NCBI RefSeq assembly: GCF_004010195.1 | Contig: NC_057718.1 | Coordinates: forward strand, 118,143-160,493 | From: Chiloscyllium plagiosum | Lineage: Eukaryota | Reading direction: 5' to 3' | Length of the DNA stretch: 42,351 nucleotides | Shown here: one piece after another, positions 34,671 to 42,351 of the stretch | How positions within the stretch are numbered: the stretch's first letter is position 1 | Layout: each line of letters starts with the position of its first letter | The notes under the pieces: generated by a model | The model's input: the letters and a program-made list of their open reading frames with translations, nothing else | Told to the model about the DNA's origin: nothing | The model's database searches: none | Made by a program: the position numbers and the translations under genes

Positions 34671-35414
34671 TCAAAGTGTGTGGCGTTGGAAATGCACAGC
34701 CAGTCAGGCAGCATCCATGGAGTAGGAGAATTGGTTTCAAGCATAAACTCTTCATCAAGAATGAGGCTTGTGGCCCCAGGGTGCTGAGAGATAAATGGGA
34801 GGGGGTAGGGCTGGGGTGAAAGTAGCTGGGAATAAGATAGGTAGATGAAGGTGGGAGTGAGGTTATAGATTGGAGAAGAGGGTGGACCAGTTAGTTGGGA
34901 AGGAGGATGGACAGGTAGGACAGTTCAAGATGGTGGTGCCAAGTTGGATCAGGGATAAGGTGGGGGAGAGAAAGTGAGGAAACTGGTGAAACTCACATTG
35001 ATCCCGTATGGTTGCAAGATCCCAAGGCTGAAGATGAGGCATTCTTCCTCCAGGAATCGGGTGGTAAGGGTTTGGAGGTGGAGGAGGCCCAGGACTTGCA
35101 TGTCCTTGGTGGAGGAACAGATAGTGAAAGTATTCGGCTAATGGGCAGTGCGATTGTTTAATGCGTGTGGCCCAATTCTCTGAAACGTTCCACAAGTTAG
35201 CGTCCTGGCACATTTTGTCTCCAATGTGGAGGAGACCATATCGTGAGCAACAGACACAGTAGATGATGTATATGGAAGAACCTTCATTCCTCATGAAAAG
35301 ATTATGCTTGAAACGTTGATTCTCCTGTTCCTCAGATGCTGCCTGACTGGCTGTGCTTTTTCAGCACCAAACTCTTTGACTTTGATCTCCAGCATCTGCA
35401 GTTCTCACTTTCTC
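34671..35414. mobile_element. Older PLE (family A-related) with a GIY-YIG relic on minus and an inverted 3' arm
   Basis: IIYCVCCSRYGLLHIG in ORF 34863-35294; both ends carry degenerate hammerhead-region sequence. This links family A to a GIY-YIG PLE. Confidence 0.8.
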
Positions 35415-35869
35415 TTTGTTTCTTGGCTTCCTAGTATATAGAATGCAGGCAGTGTGAAACTCAGAAACAATGAAGTTGTGTGTATTGGGCTGTTGGTCAC
35501 TTGCCGGGTGTCCCATGTGGTGCTCTATTTTGTATAGGGGTTTGAGTAGCTTCGACTCATGCCTTTTGAAACTTGATGTGTGCCTGTGCACTGTGTAGCT
35601 ACGTTTGTCCCTCTCAGCTGATCGTGCAGTCAGTAACATCAGGAAGCCCCTCGAGTATTACTGTAAAGGACCAAGCATCTAATGCGCAGCTCAGGCGTTT
35701 CTGTTTAACTCCTGTTATTGAAATGTTAGTGGAGGTGCTGGGTATGGTTTTCTGGATCTTGTGCTGTGAGCTGTTTCAAAAATTCAGGGAGACCTGAGGA
35801 TTTGGTTACCCAACTCTGGCTGGAGCATATGGATGGTAGATACAGCATCTGGGTCTGCAACATGAAAAA

Positions 35870-36475
35870 CAAATGGAGCAGAGACTGCAGAGAGGGGAAG
35901 TTCTGAAACCACAGAGTGAGTCTGTGCGGGGAAAGGGATCTGCCGTATCCACCAGGGTTATCAAAGAACAGCTTCCCAAGTTACACTTAACCAAGGAGCA
36001 GAGTGTCAGAAGATTCTGATTGAACAAACAGCTGGTGTCACCTCCTTCAACATGACCTGCAGCTTCACACCAGAGGACAGTGTTGCCAGTGGCTATTAGG
36101 ATCACAGTTTCATTCAGCTTCTATGATCCAGAACTTTCCAGGTAGTGGAGCGTCACACATCCATCATCTTCCAGTTTCTCAACATCAATGACATCATTTG
36201 GTCACGGAAGATATATGTGATGGATGAGGTGCATACAATGTTGTCTCACTTAGCAGGGAGCTGACACATATATCCTTGTTTTCCTAGTACAGCAGGATTC
36301 CTGATGTTCTGCAGGGACTGCAAGGTCCCCATGCCAATCGGGAGGGGTAGAGGAACTGAAGAAACTCTCAATCCAGTAAGTTGCAGTATGACCATGCACT
36401 GTACATCATGTTGGTGAATACTTACTCTCCTGGCAGCAGCCACTGCCTCTTTATTCAGAAGCATTGTCTCTGGGT
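35870..36475 (+). pseudogene. Degenerate PIF/Harbinger (HARBI1-like) DDE transposase
   Basis: LTKEQSVRRF*L...RTVLPVAIRITVSFSFY...AGF...YDHALYIMLVNTYSPGSSHCLFI, matching the LPVA-K-T-AL-FYA and CDH...VNARYPGSSHDAFI blocks. Confidence 0.65.
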
Positions 36476-36499
36476 CTCCATGAAGAAAGATTTATTTCC

Positions 36500-36795
36500 C
36501 AACAGTGGAAACAGGCCATTTGGTCCAACAAGTCCATACCAACCCTCCAAAGAGGAAACCACCCTGACCCATTTCCCTCTAATGTACCTAACACTATGGG
36601 CAATTTAGCATGGCCAATTCACCTGACCTGCACATCTTTGGACTGTGGGAGGAAACCAGAGTACCTGGAGGAAACCCACGCAGACACTGGGAGAATGTGC
36701 AAACTCCAAACAAATGGTTGCCCGAGCTTGGAATCGAAACCAGGTCCTTGGCACTGTGAGGCAGCAGTGCTAACCACTGAGCCACTGTGCCGCCC
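36500..36795 (-). mobile_element. HE1-type V-SINE
   Basis: Reverse complement begins gggcggcacagtggctcagtggttagcactgctgcc. Confidence 0.9.
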
Positions 36796-37109
36796 TTAAC
36801 TACTGGAATGGCCAGTATGCCATCTCAAAAAGATGGCCTCTCTGATGAAGGCCGTTTCCTTGGAACACAGTTCAAAACACACTCCACCTCACCACTCCCT
36901 ACTGACTTTACCTATCTATACACTTTTGGAAACTCCACCCTCTCTTGATAATTTATTTTCTTGCGTATCTCAATTTTCTCATTGCCTGATATACCTGCAT
37001 GTGAGATTTGTATGATACACACAAGGGCATGCAGACCCTTTAGCACTTAGAAATTTCTCTCTATTTAGATAACAATTTGCTTTTCTATTATACTGACAAC
37101 AATAGATAA

Positions 37110-37915
37110 TGTCATGTTACACTTGTATAATTCATTGGTGAGGCCCCACTTGGAACATTGGGTGCAATTTTGGTCACCCTGTTATAGGAAAGACATAGTT
37201 AAGCTGGGAAGAGTGCAAAGAAGATTCACAAGGATGTTATCAGGACTATAGGCCTGAGTTACAGGAAGAAATTGGCCAGGATAAAACTTTATTCCTTGGA
37301 ACATAGGAGAATAGTGTTAACCTTATAAAACCATGAAGGGCATAGGCGGGAAGAATGTATATAGTCTTTTTCCCAGGGATGAGAAGTTGAAAACTGGAGG
37401 ACATGGATTTAATGTGAGGGGGAAAGGTTTAAGAAGGACCTGAGGGGCAACTTCTTCACACCTATAGCAGTGTGTATATGGAATGGGCTGCCAGAGAAAG
37501 TGGTTAACAGGTAGGAGACTAGGAGAACACAGAATGCCAGGCAGCATCTGGAGGTGGACAAGTTGACATTTGGAGTGTAACCCTTCTTTAGGACTCAGAA
37601 GTCCTGAAGAAAGGTTACACCCAAAATGTCAACTTCTCCACCTCCTGATGCTGCCTGGCTTGCTGTGTTCTTCCAGCCTCCTGTCTATCTATTTTGGATT
37701 CCAGCATCTGCAGTTTTTATGTCTCTAGGGGAAGTGGTTGAGGCAGATACAAGAGCAACATTTTAAAAACATTTGTATAGGTACAAGGATGGTAAGGGTT
37801 TAGAGGGGTATGGACCAAATGTGAGTAAGTGGAATGAGCTGAATGGGCACTTTGGCCAGCATGGACCAATTTGGGCTGAATGGGATGTTTCCATGCTGTA
37901 TTACTCTATGACTCT
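37110..37915 (+). mobile_element. CR1 3' fragment with nested mini-PLE
   Basis: [23 protein letters not shown]; actctatgactctat terminus. Confidence 0.8.
37506..37726. mobile_element. Miniature fold-back PLE, family C, with two degenerate hammerhead motifs (minus 37562-37594, plus 37601-37633)
   Basis: The two arms suggest a consensus gtc-CTGAAGA-a-gggt/tac/accc-(G)AAA(C)GTC-(g)ac. Imperfect TSD ag(a/g)g(a/g)aagtggtt. Confidence 0.75.
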
Positions 37916-39465
37916 ATAACTCATATTTAGCCATGTTACATTTCACTGCGAAATGTTATCCCTTCACCTAAACTATCCATTATGGTTCGAACATTTCTTA
38001 AATTGTCATTACAACTTTTTTTCCCTCATTGCTGAAAATTTAGCATTTCTTATTGCTTCATCCAAAGAATACAACAGATGGCAAGCAGTTGGGGCCTGAG
38101 ATCTGAAGTCTCCAGCACCTCAAAATTTGCCAACCAGAAAACAATGCATCTATCCCATCTCTGCATTTTGGCGGTTTACATTTCCTCTGTCCAAGCCAAT
38201 AAACTACTCCTAACCCCCTGTGCTCTTATTTTAAGGATTAATCTTTTTTGCAGAACCTTATTCCATTCCTTTTGGAAGTCTACATATATTGATGCTCCAG
38301 AATCCCCATTATCCACCTTGCCTGTCCCATCTTTAAAGAATTCGAGCAAATAATTCAAACACAATTCTGCATGGGGTGGTTTGCTTTAACACTAGCTTGA
38401 CCACCAAACTAGAGATCAGGCTGTTTTAGAATTGATGGTGAGTGATCAGAAGTGCTAATTAAAAACCTTTTTTGCCTAGTGTTGCTGAGACTAAAGCTGG
38501 AATGTTGTGTACAGTTTTGGTGTCCCAATTTAAGAAAGAATATACTAATGGCAGAGGAAGCTCTCCAGCTTAATCCCTCAGGCAGCAAATTTCCTCTGAT
38601 GAGGAAACTCAGTCTGTATTCTTTTGAGTTCAAAGAATGTGAGTGATTGCAGTGAAACTTAGAATATTCACACAGAGGGGACTGACTGACACAGGGGCAT
38701 GGAGAAGTCCAAGCAGGCAAAGTTAGAAAGAATCCCAAGGAATTCTAAAAGTACATAACACAGAACATAAAAACCAGGGAACAATTAGGGCCCAGTAGAA
38801 ACCAAAGGGAAATATGTATGTGGAGCTAGGCAACATTGATAAAGTGTTACATGAGTGTTTCGCCTCTGTTTTACTTTGGAGAAGGACGCTGCAAGTACAG
38901 AATTCATGAGGATAGACCTTGAAGCTCTTGAGTAGATTGATATAAAATGTGAACTGAGATTGATGGTTTTGGCTGGCATAAGGTTGGACAAACCACCAAG
39001 TCCAGATGAGTTGAATTTCAGGCTGAGGGTTAGAAACAAAGGAGGAAGGAACCTAACTCAAATTCTGTTGTAGAATGTGGCTAGCTGGGAGGTGTCAGAG
39101 GACTGAACGGGAGGTTCCCATTCATAGGAAGGATGGCAAAAATAGACCAGGGAAAATTGGACAAGAGAGTATCAGATCATTCTTAGGGAAACTGTTAGAG
39201 AAAATAGTAAAGGAGAAAATTGATCTCCAATTAGAGAGGCAATGTTTGATCAGGGATCGTCAGCATGACTTTATCAGAGGGAAGTTGTGCTGAACGAATG
39301 TTATTGTTTTTTCAAGGGGGTCATTTATATTTGTTTAGCAAGGCCTTTAACAAAGCCTCATATAAGAAACTGATAAACAATGTAAAATCTCATTGTATCA
39401 AGAGATTGGCAAGTTGCCTCCAACATTGTCTTAGTGGCGGGAGACAGATGGCGGTGGTTGAAGAC

Positions 39466-39563
39466 GGGGTAAAAACAATGACTGCAGATGCTGGAAACCA
39501 GATTCTGGAATAGTGGTGCTGGAAGAGCACAGCAGTTCAGGCAGCATCCAAGGAGAAGCTCCT
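39466..39563 (-). mobile_element. Mini-PLE family A (tail plus partial arm)
   Basis: Perfect 14-bp TSD cggtggttgaagac at 39452-39465 and 39564-39577. Confidence 0.85.
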
Positions 39564-39835
39564 CGGTGGTTGAAGACTGTTTGTGCGACTTCAGACGGGT
39601 TTTTGCTGGCATTGCACAGGGATCAGTGCTGTGTCCCTTACCATTCTTGGTTTTCATAAACATTACAGATATGAATGCGGACAGGGATGGGGCAAGTGTG
39701 ATAAGTAGGTTTGTGCTCGACACAAAGATTGACTAGGTAGTAAGTGGAAGGTTTTATGTTGCAGGATGCTACAGATGGAATGGTCAGTTGGAAAGATCAA
39801 TGGTAGATGGAATTGAATCCTGCCAAATATGAAGT

Positions 39836-39923
39836 GAAAAATCACTCAACACCAGGTTATAGTCCAACAGGTGAACCTGGTGTTGTGTGATTTTTAACTT
39901 TGTCCAACACCAGCTCCTCCAAA
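39836..39923. mobile_element. Mini fold-back PLE, family B termini only
   Basis: aaaaatcactcaacaccaggtt / aacctggtgttgtgtgattttt inverted pair; imperfect TSD at(a/g)tgaagtga. Confidence 0.75.
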
Positions 39924-40827
39924 ATGTGAAGTGATATGCTTTGGAAGATGGAACGAGACAGGGGAGTATTGAATGTATGGTAACACAAGAGGAAGTTTGG
40001 AGATTAATGAGTAAGAAGCCAAAGGGGGCTGAATGCATCGGCATAGCCTTTATATATCAAGGCATAGCTTGTAATACAGGACGTTGGTTAGGGCAAGATG
40101 AAATACTGTGTGCAGTTCTGGGAGCCACATTGCAGGTAGGGTGTGATTGCACTGGACCAGGTGCAGAGAAGATTCACTAGGATGTTGCCGGGATGGAGCA
40201 CAGCAGTTATGAAGACAGACTGGATAACCTTGGATTGTTTGTTTTTGTGCAGAGAAGGCTGAGGGGGGTGTAATTCAGAAGTATAAAGTTACAAGTGACA
40301 TGGACATGGAGAGACAGCAGCTGTTCTTTTAAAGTGAAGGGTTCAATGTTTAGAGAGGGTGTGAGGATTGCTTTTCAGATGGTGTTGGGGATCTGGAGTG
40401 CACTTCCTGAGAGTTGTCACTTGTAACCACACAAGCATTAAAAAGTACTTGGACGAGCATTTGAAGCATTATTACATTCATGTAAATGGACCTCGTGTCA
40501 GAAAATGGGACTGATTTTGATGGTGCTGTATTTCTAACAGTACAGAGTCTATGCTTCTGTGATTGTATGATTGTAGAAGTAAATCAATGAGTAGCTTAAA
40601 ATGGGAATTGATGATTCTATTAAGAGCAAATTAGCAATGGTTATAATGGCTTCTAAAAGAATGCCAAAGAGAAAGGTAAGAGAAAGAATTGCAGCTACAT
40701 TACTATCTGAAAGAAGGGAATGAAGAATGGGAAATTGTCAGAAACTTTAAGCAACTACTTCAGTTCTATCTTCACAGAAGAAAACACGACAAAACAACAA
40801 AAAATCCCAGCAGCACTAGAAAACTAA

Positions 40828-41122
40828 TGTTGCAGACATTTCATCCCCTGTCTAGGCGACATCCTCAGTGCTTGGGAGCCTCCTGTGAAGCGCTTCTGTG
40901 ATCTTTCCTCCGGTATTTATAGTGGTTTGAATCTGCTGCTTCCGGTTGTCAGTTCCACTATAAATACCGGAGGAAAGAGCAAAAGGCGCTTCACAGGAGG
41001 CTCCCAAGCACTGAGGATGTCACGTAGACAGGGGACAAAATGTCTGCAACACAAATTCCCAGCTCGGTGAACAGAACCACAACAACGATCACCCGAGCTA
41101 CAAATCTTCTCACAAACTTTGA
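40828..41122. mobile_element. Miniature fold-back PLE, family D, with hammerhead motifs at minus 40832-40871 and plus 41008-41047
   Basis: Inverted arms of ~100 bp; perfect 13-bp TSD actagaaaactaa at 40815-40827 and 41123-41135. Minus arm reads gca-CTGAGGA-t-gtcgcct/agac/aggggat-GAAATGTC-tgc. Confidence 0.85.
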
Positions 41123-41784
41123 ACTAGAAAACTAAGTCTGTGAGTAAAAGGGAATAGAATAAAATCATCAATAAATGCTTTTGCAGAAATTATTTGAAAC
41201 GAATGTGATGGGTATAGACAAAGTCAACACAGATTTATGATTTGTAAATGATATTAGAGAAAGTAACTGGTAGATAAATTATGGACAAGCAATGGATGTA
41301 ATGCATTTAGGTTTTCAGAAAGATGTTTGACCCGAGTGTGTAAAACCAAATTTTATGGGATTAGGGTAAATATGCGGACATGGTTTTAGAATGGGAGAGC
41401 TGAAACGAAACAATGAGTCAGAATGAAAGAATGTTTGCTTGGACTGGAAGGCTCATGAGGTTGCAGGGATCTGTGCATGGGCCCCAGCTGTTCACAGTAT
41501 GTATCAAACATTTAGTTGAGCGAATCAAATGCAATATTTCTAAGTCTGATGATGGCACTAAATGACATTGGATTGTGAGTGGTGAGGAGGATACAGCAAA
41601 GCTCCAAGATGATTGAGACAAGTGGAGTAAATGGGCAAATACGTGGGAGATGAAGAGAAATGCGGATAGATGTAACGTTGTGAGAAACTAGAACGGCAGC
41701 CTACTATTTGAAAAGGGATTGATTGAAAAATGATATACAAATGGATTTATGCTCCAGCTTTTTTTTGCTTTTGTTTCTTCTACA

Positions 41785-42040
41785 CAGAACCCCACTGGTC
41801 CTCACCTACCACCCCACCAACCTCCATATACATCATATCATCCGTCGTCATTTCTGCCACCTCAAACGGACTCCACCACCAGGGATATACTTCCCTCCCC
41901 TCCTCTATCAGCGTTCTGAAAAGACCACTCCCTCCGTGACTCCCGCGTCAAGTCCACAACCCCCACCAACCCAACTCCACACCCGGCACCTTCCCCTGCA
42001 ACCGCAAGAAATGCAAAACTTGTGCCCACTCCTCCCCCCT
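41785..42040 (+). mobile_element. Older PLE (Neptune-type) RT-EN linker fragment
   Basis: PLVLTYHPTNLHIHHIIRRHF...PSPPLSAF*KDHSLRD...GTFPCNRKKCKTC. Confidence 0.8.
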
Positions 42041-42351
42041 GAAAAATCAGTCCTCAGCAGAGGCCTCACCTTCATTCCCCTACGCTCTCGGATTAACGAG
42101 TTCAACACGCGGCGTGACATCAAACAATTCTTCCGCCGCCTTCGCCTCCGCGCCTACTTCTTCAACCAGGATTCTCGCCCACCCTCTGACGACCCCTTCT
42201 CCCGCCTCCAACACACCCCATCCACCTGGACACCCCGTGCTGGCCTCCTACCTGCCCTCGACCTCTTCATAGCCAACTGCCGCCGCGATATTAACCGCCA
42301 CCTGAACTCCCCCACCCCTCTCACCCACTCCAACCTCTCACCCTCGGAACG
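42041..42351 (+). mobile_element. Young PLE, N-terminal part of the RT ORF, open to the window edge
   Basis: EKSVLSRGLTFIP...QFFRRLRLRAYFF...STWTP...LDLFI...HSNLSPSE: 103 codons without a stop, CpG-rich. Confidence 0.8.

Larger units (their letters stand above)
38030..41730. mobile_element. Old CR1 fragments (minus 38030-38365; plus 38450-40570 and 40600-41730)
   Basis: YVDFQK; QHDFIRGK; GIAQGSVLCPL.F.VFIN; QGSVHGPQLF; DDGTK. Confidence 0.7.

Overview
Eukaryotic, repeat-saturated DNA. The repeat content (HE1-type V-SINEs, HER1/CR1 LINEs) points to a cartilaginous fish, probably a shark (inference). The only host-gene signal is exon 1 of a GPR139/GPR142-like rhodopsin-family GPCR (ATG 1329, donor after 1503) and a disabled paralogous exon 1 about 30 kb downstream (31768-31990; two stops and a destroyed donor). 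Both carry a 21-bp coding repeat and a shared upstream block. No exon 2 was recognised. The rest is nested CR1 LINEs, HE1 SINEs, Harbinger and LTR relics, one assembly gap (13053-13601) and many Penelope-like element (PLE) insertions. The PLEs range from a 2.9-kb inverted GIY-YIG element to 59-360-bp fold-back miniatures, mostly with 12-15-bp TSDs and a 34-39-nt one-sided tail. The most striking signal is that four distinct PLE families each carry a minimal type I hammerhead-ribozyme motif (CUGANGA-N-stem II-GAA-palindromic ACGU/AGCU-H) with covarying helices. All calls come from reading the sequence by eye; no searches or folding were run.
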